Below, piece by piece: positions 10,437-20,600 of a DNA stretch of 49,435 bases. Each line of letters starts with the position of its first letter. Within the stretch, counting starts at the first letter, position 1. Below the pieces are notes generated by a model. That model saw nothing but the letters and a program-made list of their open reading frames with translations, had not been told where the DNA came from and did no database searches. The translations under genes were made by a program, and so were the position numbers. Source of the stretch: Chthoniobacteraceae bacterium (GTDB taxonomy: Bacteria > Verrucomicrobiota > Verrucomicrobiia > Chthoniobacterales > Chthoniobacteraceae); contig JANNXQ010000009.1 in the NCBI GenBank assembly GCA_031409655.1, positions 1 to 49,435 of the forward strand, read 5' to 3'.

Positions 10437-10608
10437 GCCGGGCGGACGCTGGCGTTTGCTCCTGTGCTTGCCAAGTTTTCCCCCGTCGCTCGCGCTTTGG
10501 CAAGGAACTGGAACCGCACGGAGGACAACTGGAGCAGTCGCGGCGACCCGCGCTTTCTGCTCGCGATCCGCACGCCGTCGGTGCGACACCTCCGAAGTCG
10601 CGCCCGCC

Positions 10609-11493
10609 ATGCCCAGGATCGCCGCCTTTCCCAAAGCCTACATGCAGGCCCTCTGCAAAGACGGCAGCATGAAACTCGCCGAATGGTTCGGTCTCGCGGA
10701 CAAGCTCGGCGTGGATGGGTTGGAATTTTACGCGGGGTTTCTGGAGATGGCTGCGGAAGCGAACTGGCCGCGCTTTCGCCGCGAGGTCAGCGACCGCGGC
10801 ATGAGTATTCCGATGCTGTGCTGCTCGCCGGATTTCACGCATCCCGATGCGGCGTTCCGTGAGCAGGAGATCGCGAAGCAGAGACGCTGGATCGAGGTGA
10901 CGCACGCATTGGGTGGTTCGTATTGCCGCGTGCTGAGTGGGCAGCGCCGGCCTTCGCTCACCGCGGAGGAAGGCGTGCAGCTCGCCGCGGAAAGCATCCA
11001 CGCGTGCCTGCCCTTCGCGCAGGAACGCGGCATTACCCTCATCCTGGAGAATCACTACAAGGACGACTTCTGGGAGTATCCCGAATTCGCGCAGAAGATG
11101 GCCGTTTTCTGCGGTCTCGTGGACGCGATCCAGCATCCGGCCTTCGGCGTGAACTACGATCCGAGCAACGCCTTCCTGGCGGGCGATGATCCGATCGAGT
11201 TACTCAAGCGTGTCTCGCATCGCGTGGTCACGATGCACGCGAGCGACCGTTACCTCATCGAAGGCACGCTCGAAGATCTGCGCCGCGAAGAAGGCGGCAC
11301 CACCGGCTACGCGAAGCGCCTGCGCCACGGCGAAATCGGCAAAGGTCTCAACGATTACGATGCGATCTTCACCGAGCTGAAACGTGTCGGTTTCGATGGC
11401 TGGATCAGCATCGAAGATGGCGTCGATGGCATTGAGCAACTTCAGCGCAGCGTGGATTTCTTGAAGGGCAAGATCGCGCAGCACTGGGGTTGA
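10609..11493 (+). CDS. Sugar phosphate isomerase/epimerase (xylose-isomerase-like TIM barrel)
   Basis: LENH, NYDPSN, MHASD, GWISIE metal motifs; ATG 10609. Confidence 0.9.
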   Translation: MPRIAAFPKAYMQALCKDGSMKLAEWFGLADKLGVDGLEFYAGFLEMAAEANWPRFRREVSDRGMSIPMLCCSPDFTHPDAAFREQEIAKQRRWIEVTHALGGSYCRVLSGQRRPSLTAEEGVQLAAESIHACLPFAQERGITLILENHYKDDFWEYPEFAQKMAVFCGLVDAIQHPAFGVNYDPSNAFLAGDDPIELLKRVSHRVVTMHASDRYLIEGTLEDLRREEGGTTGYAKRLRHGEIGKGLNDYDAIFTELKRVGFDGWISIEDGVDGIEQLQRSVDFLKGKIAQHWG

Positions 11494-11564
11494 GCCGGTC
11501 TCCGCGCCGACTCGCACACACTTCCTTGGTGGGGCGAGCGTGCCCCAGTTCCTCGACGTCTCTT

Positions 11565-12434
11565 TCAGCGCTTGCCGGCCAGGATTTTACGGAAGACTGC
11601 CGCGGCGGGTGAGGGCGCGTGGCCGGGGCGGCTGAGCACGGCGACCTGGCGCTCGACGGGATCGCCGCGCAGGCGCACGGCGACGCAATTGGCGGTGCGC
11701 TGGCGGGTCGCGAGTTTGGGGAGGATGGCGATGCCGAGGCGGGCGGCGACGAGGGAGCGGATGGTCTCCAGTTCGCTGCTCTCGCAGGCGATGCGGGGCT
11801 CGAATCCGGCGGCCCGGCATGCGGCGAGGGCGGTGTCGCGGGCGCGGCCTTTGTAGAGGATGAAGGGTTCGTCGGCGAGTTTGGCGAGGCTGATGCTGCG
11901 CTGTTTGGCGGCAGGATGAGACTTGGCGACGAGCGCGACGAAGGGCTCGGTGAACAGCGGTTGCTCATCGAAGCTGCCGCCGGTGGCGGGCAGTTGCACG
12001 ATGCCGAACTCGACGCGTCCGCTCTCGACCCACTGCGCGACGGCTTCGGAGGTGCCTTCAAAGAGTGCGAGTTCGACGAGCGGATGCAGTCTGCGAAAAG
12101 CGGTGATCGCGGCGGGCAGCAGACAGGCGCTGACGGACGGTATGGCACCGATGGCAAGTCGTCCGCCGCGCAGGCCGATGAGGTCGTGCACGGCCCGCTT
12201 CGCGGCAGCGGCGCGCTCGAGCAGCGCTTCCGCGTGCTGGCGCAGGGTTTCGCCAGCAGCAGTGAGCACGGTTTCGCGGCGACCTCGATTGAAAAGCGGC
12301 GTGCCGAGTTCGCTCTCCAGCTTGCGGATCTGCTCGCTGAGTGCGGCCTGCGCGAGGTGCAGGTGCGCGGCGGCGCGGGTGAAGTTCCGCTGGCGGGCGG
12401 CTTCGAGGAAGTATTCGAGCTGGTAGAGTTCCAT
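11565..12434 (-). CDS. LysR family transcriptional regulator
   Basis: MELYQLEYF...NFTRAA..LHLAQAALSEQIRKLE.ELG..LF.R HTH plus substrate-binding domain. Confidence 0.96.
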   Translation of the reverse strand: MELYQLEYFLEAARQRNFTRAAAHLHLAQAALSEQIRKLESELGTPLFNRGRRETVLTAAGETLRQHAEALLERAAAAKRAVHDLIGLRGGRLAIGAIPSVSACLLPAAITAFRRLHPLVELALFEGTSEAVAQWVESGRVEFGIVQLPATGGSFDEQPLFTEPFVALVAKSHPAAKQRSISLAKLADEPFILYKGRARDTALAACRAAGFEPRIACESSELETIRSLVAARLGIAILPKLATRQRTANCVAVRLRGDPVERQVAVLSRPGHAPSPAAAVFRKILAGKR

Positions 12435-12475
12435 CGGGATTTCCGGCCATGATGATCGGAAAGCACTGTTTTACC
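12432..12475. promoter_or_regulatory. Putative LysR operator/divergent promoter, copy 1
   Basis: Between the divergent LysR and cupin genes; 36/44 identical without gaps to 22222-22265. Confidence 0.6.
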
Positions 12476-12528
12476 AGCCGAAGGAAATGAAGTTCAATCC
12501 GCCTCAACCAGACCCCACGACCAACAAC

Positions 12529-12984
12529 ATGATCCTCTCAGACCTCAGCAAAATCGAAGGCCGGCGCTACCCCGCGCGGCGCAGAACGCAGAATCTCGTC
12601 GGCGGCGTCGCGCCCGTGCAGGCGGCGAGCTTCGCCCTGGGCAACGTGACGCTCGATCCCAAAGGCGGCCAGGTGCCGTGGCACAATCAGGAACAGGAAG
12701 AGGTCTATTTCATCGTCGATGGCACTGGCGAGATGTGTCTCGGCGAAGAACGGCAAACCGTCTCTACGGGACAGGTCGTCTATATCCCGTCGGGCGTCTT
12801 CCACCAGCTCACCAACCTCGGCGACACCCCGCTGCGGATGATCTACTGCTACGGGCCTTCCGGCGACGTGGCCCACTGGCGGCAGGAGCTCGCGGGCACC
12901 TTGCCGAAAGCGGGCGTGGATGCGCCTGCCTTGCCGCCAGGCGCGTGGCCGCAATGCACCGAAAAGCCAGCCGAGACGGCTTAG
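12529..12984 (+). CDS. Cupin domain protein
   Basis: VPWHNQEQEEVYFIVDGTG and IPSGVFHQLTN cupin motifs; start 12529 (alternative 12487). Confidence 0.9.
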   Translation: MILSDLSKIEGRRYPARRRTQNLVGGVAPVQAASFALGNVTLDPKGGQVPWHNQEQEEVYFIVDGTGEMCLGEERQTVSTGQVVYIPSGVFHQLTNLGDTPLRMIYCYGPSGDVAHWRQELAGTLPKAGVDAPALPPGAWPQCTEKPAETA

Positions 12985-13001
12985 ATACCCTCCCCAATTT
13001 T

Positions 13002-14159
13002 ATGAAAACCCAACGCATCGGCATCATCATGAACGGCGTCACCGGACGCATGGGCACCAACCAGCACCTCATCCGCTCCATCAAAGCGATCCGCGATCAG
13101 GGTGGGCTGCGCGTCGGCGACGATCTCGTGCTCATGCCCGATCCGATCCTCACCGGACGCAATCACGACAAACTGAAAGCGCTCGCCGAACGCACGGGCG
13201 TCTCGCGCTTCACGACCGACGTGGATGCAGCGCTGGCGAATCCCGAGGACGAAATCTTCTTCGATGCGTCCGGCACGCTGCAACGCGCAGGCTTCGTCGA
13301 GAAGGCGGTGCAGGCGAAGAAGGCCATCTATTGCGAAAAGCCGACGGCAGTGGAGATGGCGGAAGCGCTGCGGCTCGCGAAGCTTTGCGAGGACGCGGGC
13401 GTGAAAAACGGCGTGGTGCAGGACAAGCTGTGGCTCTCCGGCATCCGCAAGTTCCGCACGCTGCGCGATCAGGGTTTCTTTGGCCGCATCCTCAGTGTGC
13501 GTGGGGAGTTTGGATACTGGGTCTTCACCGGCGAAGATGGCGACCAACCGGCGCAGCGTCCCTCGTGGAACTACCGCAAGGAGGACGGCGGCGGCATCAT
13601 CGTCGATATGCTCTGCCACTGGCGCTATGTGATCGATGACCTCTTCGGCAAGGTGAAGGCGGTGAGCTGCCTCGGCGCCACGCATCTTCCTAAGCGCCTC
13701 GACGAGCGGGGCCAGCCCTACGCCTGCACCAGCGACGACTCGTGCTACGCCACGTTCGAATGCGAGGGCGGCATGGTGTGCCAGTTCAACAGCTCATGGA
13801 CGGTGCGCGTGCGTCGCGACGATCTGCTCACGATGCAGGTGGATGGCACGCACGGCAGCGCGATCGTGGGGCTGCGCAAATGCTGGGTGCAAAGCATCGG
13901 CACCACTCCGCGCCCGACGTGGAACCCGGACATCGACCAGCCGATCCACTTCTTCAACGGCTGGCAGGAAGTGCCCGACACCACCAACTATGACAACGCA
14001 TTCAAGATCCAGTGGGAGGAATTCCTGAAGCACGTCGCGGTCGGCACGCCCTTCCCATGGTCGCTGCGCGAGGGCGCGAAAGGCGTGCAACTCGCCGAAC
14101 TCGGATTGCAGAGCTGGGAGCAACGGAAGTGGCTGCCCGTCGAAGCCCTGCCCGCATAA
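13002..14159 (+). CDS. Gfo/Idh/MocA family oxidoreductase
   Basis: MNGVTGRMG, YCEKP, QDKLW, GGGIIVDMLCHW; ATG 13002. Confidence 0.93.
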   Translation: MKTQRIGIIMNGVTGRMGTNQHLIRSIKAIRDQGGLRVGDDLVLMPDPILTGRNHDKLKALAERTGVSRFTTDVDAALANPEDEIFFDASGTLQRAGFVEKAVQAKKAIYCEKPTAVEMAEALRLAKLCEDAGVKNGVVQDKLWLSGIRKFRTLRDQGFFGRILSVRGEFGYWVFTGEDGDQPAQRPSWNYRKEDGGGIIVDMLCHWRYVIDDLFGKVKAVSCLGATHLPKRLDERGQPYACTSDDSCYATFECEGGMVCQFNSSWTVRVRRDDLLTMQVDGTHGSAIVGLRKCWVQSIGTTPRPTWNPDIDQPIHFFNGWQEVPDTTNYDNAFKIQWEEFLKHVAVGTPFPWSLREGAKGVQLAELGLQSWEQRKWLPVEALPA

Positions 14160-14199
14160 CCCCGGCGAATTGCGGTGATTCCCGGTCCCGACCGTGATT

Positions 14200-14478
14200 C
14201 GCCCACGCCGCGCATGGAACTGCGTGAAAATGCAGGGAGCCGGGGAGGTCAACGGTTTTTCCCCAATGAAAGACCCGTCCCTTCGTCGCCCACCGCGGGA
14301 GGGCGTGGGCGAGGTAGCTGGCGGCGGACTGAGAGCCACCGAGCGGGATGGACTCGACACTCCCGGCGTGGAGTGTGGACAGCGGTGCGAGTAGCAGGGC
14401 CGAGCAAAGCGAGACAGCTCGCCAGGAAGATCTCAGTGAGACGCGGGCAACGGTCACTAATATGAGGGTGGGTTTCAT
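14200..14478 (-). pseudogene. 5' remnant of a secreted-protein gene (signal peptide only)
   Basis: MKPTL...LLLAPLSTLHA resembles the signal peptides of neighbouring genes; downstream sequence unrecognisable and runs into the convergent Gfo gene. Confidence 0.4.
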
Positions 14479-14508
14479 GGAGTCAGGCCGGATCAGATTG
14501 CTGTGGGA

Positions 14509-16308
14509 TCATTTGCCACCGATCCTGGCTTTGAGAAGCTGCTGCCAGTCGGCGTGCTTTTGTTTGAAGGCTTGAAACTCGCGATACTCGACGGAGGAGA
14601 TGCGTCCGTCTTTGTCTTCATCGATCGCATCGAAGGCCCATTCGTAGCCGCGCTTGGATTGGTTCCATTCGTCGCGGGAGTTCCAGCCGACCTCGCTGGT
14701 TTCGTTGAGTTCCAGAATCTGGCCCGCATCCAGCAAGGCGCGGCGATAACGCGGGAAGTCGATGGCTTGCACGGCAGCCTCTTCTTTGAGGGCGTGTGCG
14801 GCAGCGATGCCGGCGGACAGGCCGAGCGTGATCCACACGGGCTCCATGCGAATGCACGTCATCGCGATGTGACTCGCGGAGCAGCACACGGGCACGATGA
14901 GATTCTCGCACTCGTTTTGCTTTGGCGTGATGGCGCGATACGGAAGGCGATGAATGCCGCTGTGCTTCGGGTTCGCCTTCAGGATGCTGAACTCGCCACC
15001 GCTGAGCGCGATGCCCCCCTCGTGCGCGATGGTGGCATACGGCCAATCATCGACGCCATAGCTACCGAGGCCGACGGAGTCGTCGGGATTGGCCGCGCCT
15101 TCGAGGTCTTTTTGCGTGACGACGTAGTCCGACTTCATGCGCCGTGCCTCACGCACGTAGAGTTGGTGGGGCCAGCCGTTGGTTTCGTCAAAAATGCCAC
15201 GCTGAAAGCCGGTGGTCTCCGCTCTCTCACGCAAATACGCCGGAGCCGAAGGATCGGTTCGCAGAAAGTGATACATGCCACGCACGAAATTCATCTCATC
15301 GCGCCAGATGCGCGAGCGCACGGCCCAATCGCCATCAGGATACGCCGCGTTCGCACCCGCGATGGATTGCGCCCACAGCGCTCGGCTGGAGTTGACGTTG
15401 AAGATGCCGCCGCCTTCTTCGTCTGTGTATTCCCCGAGCACGCGCATCCTCCGACCGGCGCGCATATTCACGCCCTTCTGAAAACCGCGGCGGAAGATCT
15501 CATACGTGCGAGGGTCGTAGTCGTCGGGCTTCACGATGCGGATCGGATCCTTCTTTGTGAGCACCCAACGGAAGCAATACATCATCGTCAGCTTGTCCGC
15601 GCTGCCGAGCGGGCCGATCTGGGTGTCTTGCAGCAGCGGCAGTAGGCCGCTCTTCGGATCGCCAGGCTTCACATACGGATCAATATCGTAGAGCATCAAG
15701 ATTGGCTGCACACCGCCGAGCGACTCGCCATACTCCTCGCGCGACTCGCGGCCCCAGGTGTAACTCACGCCTGCCTTCGCCATCAGGTCGCCCTCATACG
15801 AGCAATCGATGAACACCCGCGCCATGACCGTTTTCGCGTTTTTCGTCAAAGGTTGCTCGATGGGGCAGCCGAGCTTGTCCGGCGGCGCATAGTCGAGCGT
15901 GATGCTACGAATGCGCGCGCCTTCCTTGGTCACGCTCGCAAGCCGATGCTCGTAGATGACGGGGATGCCCCGCTGCGCGAGTTCACGCTTGTAGAGATCG
16001 CGCATCGCCACGTCGTTATTGTCGATAAGAAGCTTCAACGCCATCTTGCCGACGGTGCGTTTGTCACCCCAATCAATCGCATTCAAACCGCCGCCGCTCA
16101 TCCCGCCGAGCCAGCGCGATGGCTCCACGACGATTACCTTCGCTCCCGCATCCGCCGCGCCGAGCGCCGCCGCGATGCCGCTGGCCGTCGCACCATAGAC
16201 GCAGACGTCGGTGGTGTTTGCGTCGGCTGCGAACAAGTTCGGATCGAGCGCACAAGCGGCTAGCGTGGCGGTTGTCGATTGCAGGAAATATCGGCGGGTG
16301 GTGTTCAT
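14509..16308 (-). CDS. Tat-exported FAD-dependent oxidoreductase with C-terminal EF-hand-like motif
   Basis: TTRRYFL Tat motif, VYGATASGIAAA, FIDCSYEGDL, LYVREARRM, IRMEP, DEDKDGRISSVE. Confidence 0.88.
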   Translation of the reverse strand: MNTTRRYFLQSTTATLAACALDPNLFAADANTTDVCVYGATASGIAAALGAADAGAKVIVVEPSRWLGGMSGGGLNAIDWGDKRTVGKMALKLLIDNNDVAMRDLYKRELAQRGIPVIYEHRLASVTKEGARIRSITLDYAPPDKLGCPIEQPLTKNAKTVMARVFIDCSYEGDLMAKAGVSYTWGRESREEYGESLGGVQPILMLYDIDPYVKPGDPKSGLLPLLQDTQIGPLGSADKLTMMYCFRWVLTKKDPIRIVKPDDYDPRTYEIFRRGFQKGVNMRAGRRMRVLGEYTDEEGGGIFNVNSSRALWAQSIAGANAAYPDGDWAVRSRIWRDEMNFVRGMYHFLRTDPSAPAYLRERAETTGFQRGIFDETNGWPHQLYVREARRMKSDYVVTQKDLEGAANPDDSVGLGSYGVDDWPYATIAHEGGIALSGGEFSILKANPKHSGIHRLPYRAITPKQNECENLIVPVCCSASHIAMTCIRMEPVWITLGLSAGIAAAHALKEEAAVQAIDFPRYRRALLDAGQILELNETSEVGWNSRDEWNQSKRGYEWAFDAIDEDKDGRISSVEYREFQAFKQKHADWQQLLKARIGGK

Positions 16309-16309
16309 G

Positions 16310-17548
16310 TTACTTGGTGTTCTTGGATTGAAGGCGGACGATCTCCGCACCAGCGAGCAGGTAGCTGCCGAAGCCGTGCAGGTCGCCTTGGAGGCGCGGA
16401 CGCTTTAGGTAAAAGGCGAGATTGCCGGTGTCGGTGGAGCCGCAGACGTCGAGGAGGTCGCCATCCGGGGTGACTTTGGTTTGCAGTGCTTTCCAGCCCC
16501 GGCGCGCGGTGTCGGCAAACCCGGCATCGAGCCAGCCTTCGTTCACGCCACGAGCCATGCCGTAGGTCAACATGCCGGTGGCGGAGGTTTCGAGCCACGA
16601 CTCAGGATGATCGAGCACTTGATGCCAGCCGCCGTCTTTGTCCGCACAGGCACGGATGCCAGTCATGTGTTTCACAAACGCGGCCAGCACTTCAGCGCGA
16701 CGCGGATGATCTTTGGGCAGTGCGCTAAGCAATTCGACATGCGCCAGCGCCATCCAGCCATTGCCTCGCCCCCAGAATTCACCTGCCGGCTTCTGCGTTT
16801 TCAAATCCCACAAATGCCGCAGCAAGTGGTGTTGCTCATCCATCAGCCGCGCATGCGTGCCGAGCACTTGCGCGATGGCCGAGTCAAGCTGCCGCGCATC
16901 GTTGCTGCGCTTCCATTCGCGAACGAGGAACGGCACCGTCATGTAGGGATCGTCGGTCATCATGCCTTTGCCAGGACGATAAAACGCGCCGTCCTCGAAG
17001 CGTGACGTCTTGGCCAGAAAGGCATCCACACGTCCGAGGAAGGGCTCATACTTCGCGTCCTTGGTCTCCGCATAGCGCTCCAGCACCAGAGGCGCGAGTC
17101 CGGTCTGCCAAAGCGTGCTGATGCGGAAGTAGAAGCCAATCGGCGAGAGCTTTCCGTCGCCCACGGGAGCAGCCGTCATGTGCGCATCATTCTGCCGCTG
17201 GAAATAGTCCATGTGCCGAAAGATGAACTCCAGGTTTTGCTCGCCGTAGTCGCGATACCTCGGCTCATCCAGCGCTTCGGCTGTGCGGCGCATCCCATCG
17301 GTGAGCAGCCAAGTCTGATAGAACCACGCGTTGAATTTGCTCTCGATGCTAATCTCCGGCTTCGGCGCGAGTCCTGTGCTGTCCTCAAACGTCTGCCCGG
17401 TGCTGTGGTCAATGAGTCGTCGCGTGGTCTGCTTCAGCACGGCATCGGCAACGCGACGGAGCGCGATGCCATCTCCATCTTCGGCTGCGCTGAGCGATGC
17501 GAATGGTGCAAGGAGGATTGCGGCAACGAGTGTGTGAAGCGTATTCAT
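16310..17548 (-). CDS. Secreted glycoside hydrolase family 88/105 protein (copy b)
   Basis: Signal peptide, DDPYM, FWGRGNGW, WHQVLD, ETSAT, DLHGFG. Confidence 0.88.
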   Translation of the reverse strand: MNTLHTLVAAILLAPFASLSAAEDGDGIALRRVADAVLKQTTRRLIDHSTGQTFEDSTGLAPKPEISIESKFNAWFYQTWLLTDGMRRTAEALDEPRYRDYGEQNLEFIFRHMDYFQRQNDAHMTAAPVGDGKLSPIGFYFRISTLWQTGLAPLVLERYAETKDAKYEPFLGRVDAFLAKTSRFEDGAFYRPGKGMMTDDPYMTVPFLVREWKRSNDARQLDSAIAQVLGTHARLMDEQHHLLRHLWDLKTQKPAGEFWGRGNGWMALAHVELLSALPKDHPRRAEVLAAFVKHMTGIRACADKDGGWHQVLDHPESWLETSATGMLTYGMARGVNEGWLDAGFADTARRGWKALQTKVTPDGDLLDVCGSTDTGNLAFYLKRPRLQGDLHGFGSYLLAGAEIVRLQSKNTK

Positions 17549-20500
17549 GGTTTAACTTTCTCAGTGAGAATGGCCTGCGCGTGGCGGGCATAATGGGCGT
17601 GCAGATCGTTGGCGTAGGCGCGGAGAATCTTCTCGGCGACACCTTCATAGTCGCCACACCGGTAGAGGGCGCGGGCGAGATGAATCTCGGGCAGCACCTT
17701 GTCGCGCACACCGTTTTCGGTTCCGAGCGGCGGGTTGTTTTCCGCCTTCAATGCCGTCTGAATGTTCGTGACGGCGTGTCCAGAGACGCCGGGCAGTCGC
17801 AAAAGATCGGCAAGGGGTTTCGCAGCGCCCGGATCGCCGAGGGTTTCCAGCGCGAGGGCGATGGCGCGGAAGTGCGAGAGTTCCGATTTCGGCGTCAGCA
17901 GCGCGGCTTTCTCCAGGATCGGTTGCAAGGCGAGTGGCGATTTGGTGCGGCCCAGGGCGATGATGAGACTGTCGAGCGGGCTCATGTTGGGTCCGTATTG
18001 GCCCATGCCTTTGTAGTGCCAGCCGGCGTCCCATTCCTTCTTGGCGGCGACGGCTTTGGCGAGGTTCGCGGCACCGGTGGCATCGCCCATCATGCCGAGA
18101 ACATGGGCGAAGGCACGCTGGCCGTAGCTTTCATCGGTGTCTTCGGCGTAGGCCTCGCGCAAGATCGGCTGCGCGATGTCCCAGTTGTCGAGCACGATTT
18201 CCAGTTGCTCGAAGCCATTAGGAAGACGGTAAACTGCAGCTTCGATTTCTTTCTTCGTCAGTCGCGGACTGTCCTGCTCGGTAAGCACGCTCGCGGGAAG
18301 GTTGCCTTTTTCGATGAGCAGCTTTTGCAAGGCTTTGATGTCGAGTTCACGCGTGGTGCAGTCGCGTTTGGCGATCATCGCGGCGGCGAGTCCGACCGCG
18401 TAACCTTGGTTCTGCACGTCGCCCTGCATGCGGATGAAGGGCAACGCATCGCGATGCGCGCTAACGCTCAAACCAGTGACGAGAATGCGATCCAGTCCCC
18501 GTGGAATCAGGCAGCGAAAAGGCAGATGAACGGTGAAGCTGCGCCGGTCGGGCTGACGCAAAGTGTAGATCGGGTGGACGGTGTAGCCGTGCGAATCGAG
18601 ATCGCTTTGCGTGATGACCACGGTGTCGGGGAAGGTGCGCCCGAGCCATTCGTCCACCGGCGAGAGGGTGAAGTCGCCGACGATCTTGCGTCGCTCACGG
18701 GTGTCGATGAAGGTGCCCAGGTCATAGGCGTCTTTGAACTTGTCCTTGGCCATGACGAACGCGCGCCAGATGTCCGTGATGTCGGTCTCGTCCACATAGG
18801 TCCAGTCGGTGTTCAGGTAGCGCTGGCCGAGATTGCGCGGCGGGAGGCCAGTGCCTTGCACGGCGATCTCGCTGCCGTCGGTGTAGCGGCAGGTGGCACC
18901 CGCAGCGGCGGCGATGTCGGAGTTGCCGGTGGAGTCCACCACGGCTTTGGCGAGCACGACGCCACGTCCCTGCGGAGTGACGACCACGACGCCTTTCACT
19001 TTTCCATTCTTAACCACCGCGCCGCAACCGAGCGCACCTGTCCAGATTTCCACGCCCGCCTTGCGCAGCTCACGGCGCCACCATTCGCTCTTGTGGTCGG
19101 GATTCCACTGGCCGCTCGCCGCACGGTTCTCGCGCGGCGAAATTTCAGCGAGCCCGTCCGTCACCTCGGCGGTGAAGCCGACGCGGTTCGCGTGGTAGTA
19201 GATGGCAATGTAGCCCAGCGTGCCTACGCCACCAAAGCCCGCCTGGTATTCGATCATCAAGGTCTTTGCTCCGTGCCGACCCGCCGCAATGCCTGCTGGC
19301 GCACCGCCCGTGCCGCCGCCGACCACGACGACATCATACTCACCGAGCACGGGCAACGTGTGCGCTTCCTCCGGCACAAACCGCTCATACTTACGAGCGC
19401 TGAATGCCGCATCGACCTCGCGCACTTCGCCTGAGACAGCCTGCGTCGGTGCCGCTTCCGGAATACGCACATCTACCGGAGGCGGGGACGCCTTTGCCGA
19501 TTCCGCAGCGGCGTTTCCGACACGCACAGCAAGCGCCATTAGATTGACCGGCCGAGAAATCTTCGCTGCGACTTCACGCGAAACATCCGCGCAGCCGCCG
19601 AGGACGAACACACCCGGTGCTTTGTCCGATTGCAATGCCCCGAGCGGAATTTTCTCCGCGCTGCTCCACGCTTCACGATGCGGCTCGCGACTGCGCAGCG
19701 CATCCGGCGGCACTTGGAGAAGAAGCTCGGAACCGTCGAGCGCCTCCTTGCTCCACGTGAGATCGCGAGCCACCTGCTCCGCCTGCGCAAAGGCCGCGTA
19801 ACTGTGGTCACGCATCGGAATGGAAAGCTGATATTCGATGACACGCACCGGCCCCGCCTCGCGTCGTGCCTCGGTAACGGCGGGAGCTTGAATCGTCAGC
19901 GCCGATGCGCGCGATGACACGCTCACGCCCTCGCCCGAGCGCGCCTCACCGCCCACGACGATGCGGGAGAACGTCTGCGCACCCGCTGGATACTCCGAGA
20001 ACTCGGCCCCCACCATCCGCGCCACATTCGCGCGCGCTGTCGCATCAATGATGACCCGCCCGAGCACCGCCTGACGCCCGGACTTGTTGGCGATGACGAC
20101 GCCAGCCGGTTGCCCTTTCGCATCGCGCACGATCTCGGTCACAAAGCTCGCGTAGAGAAACTGCACACCCGCATCCAGCAGCGCCTTGTCGAGCGCGCGC
20201 TTCACCTGCATCGGCGCGACCGGTTCCAACGGCGACGATTTGCCGAACAACTCGAGCGCCAGCGGAGTGACCGCTTCCTCGCCCGCCTCAAGCCACAGCC
20301 GATACGTCCCGCAAATGTCCTCACCCAGATACGGTCGCGGTGCTGCGAGAAACACCTTCGCGCCCTGTTGCGCCGCCTTCACCGCCGCCGTCACTCCGGC
20401 AGACGAACCACCGACGACGATCACATCCACCTCCGCCGCGACCGGCAGCGAACCCGCAGGCTGCACGACTTCCGCCGCGTGCAGGCTGGTGATGAACAGA

Positions 20501-20550
20501 GCGAAGATACAGAGCCCGGCGACGCAGGTTAGGTTGAGAGCGTGTTTCAT
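17545..20550 (-). CDS. Secreted two-domain FAD-dependent oxidoreductase with helical-repeat C-terminus
   Basis: Two Rossmann starts (DVIVVGGSSAG, DVVVVGGGTGG), IDAT/VDSTG, RERR; signal peptide from ATG 20550. Confidence 0.85.
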   Translation of the reverse strand: MKHALNLTCVAGLCIFALFITSLHAAEVVQPAGSLPVAAEVDVIVVGGSSAGVTAAVKAAQQGAKVFLAAPRPYLGEDICGTYRLWLEAGEEAVTPLALELFGKSSPLEPVAPMQVKRALDKALLDAGVQFLYASFVTEIVRDAKGQPAGVVIANKSGRQAVLGRVIIDATARANVARMVGAEFSEYPAGAQTFSRIVVGGEARSGEGVSVSSRASALTIQAPAVTEARREAGPVRVIEYQLSIPMRDHSYAAFAQAEQVARDLTWSKEALDGSELLLQVPPDALRSREPHREAWSSAEKIPLGALQSDKAPGVFVLGGCADVSREVAAKISRPVNLMALAVRVGNAAAESAKASPPPVDVRIPEAAPTQAVSGEVREVDAAFSARKYERFVPEEAHTLPVLGEYDVVVVGGGTGGAPAGIAAGRHGAKTLMIEYQAGFGGVGTLGYIAIYYHANRVGFTAEVTDGLAEISPRENRAASGQWNPDHKSEWWRRELRKAGVEIWTGALGCGAVVKNGKVKGVVVVTPQGRGVVLAKAVVDSTGNSDIAAAAGATCRYTDGSEIAVQGTGLPPRNLGQRYLNTDWTYVDETDITDIWRAFVMAKDKFKDAYDLGTFIDTRERRKIVGDFTLSPVDEWLGRTFPDTVVITQSDLDSHGYTVHPIYTLRQPDRRSFTVHLPFRCLIPRGLDRILVTGLSVSAHRDALPFIRMQGDVQNQGYAVGLAAAMIAKRDCTTRELDIKALQKLLIEKGNLPASVLTEQDSPRLTKKEIEAAVYRLPNGFEQLEIVLDNWDIAQPILREAYAEDTDESYGQRAFAHVLGMMGDATGAANLAKAVAAKKEWDAGWHYKGMGQYGPNMSPLDSLIIALGRTKSPLALQPILEKAALLTPKSELSHFRAIALALETLGDPGAAKPLADLLRLPGVSGHAVTNIQTALKAENNPPLGTENGVRDKVLPEIHLARALYRCGDYEGVAEKILRAYANDLHAHYARHAQAILTEKVKP

Positions 20551-20600
20551 GAATGGAGATGTGGTGCGAGTGCTGTTTTGAGGAAGGAAAATTCGCGCGA

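Noticed and set aside
9207..10862. 551-aa plus-strand ORF
   Set aside because: Antisense shadow of the GC-rich MmeI remnant with no recognisable motifs; the minus strand carries clear MmeI motifs.
11530..11547. TGGGGC-GAGCGT-GCCCCA hairpin as a terminator between convergent genes
   Set aside because: Only a 6-bp stem with no clear U-tract; it could equally be a REP remnant.
17497..19434. 645-aa plus-strand ORF and similar long antisense ORFs across the window
   Set aside because: They lie opposite well-supported genes and are an expected by-product of high GC3.
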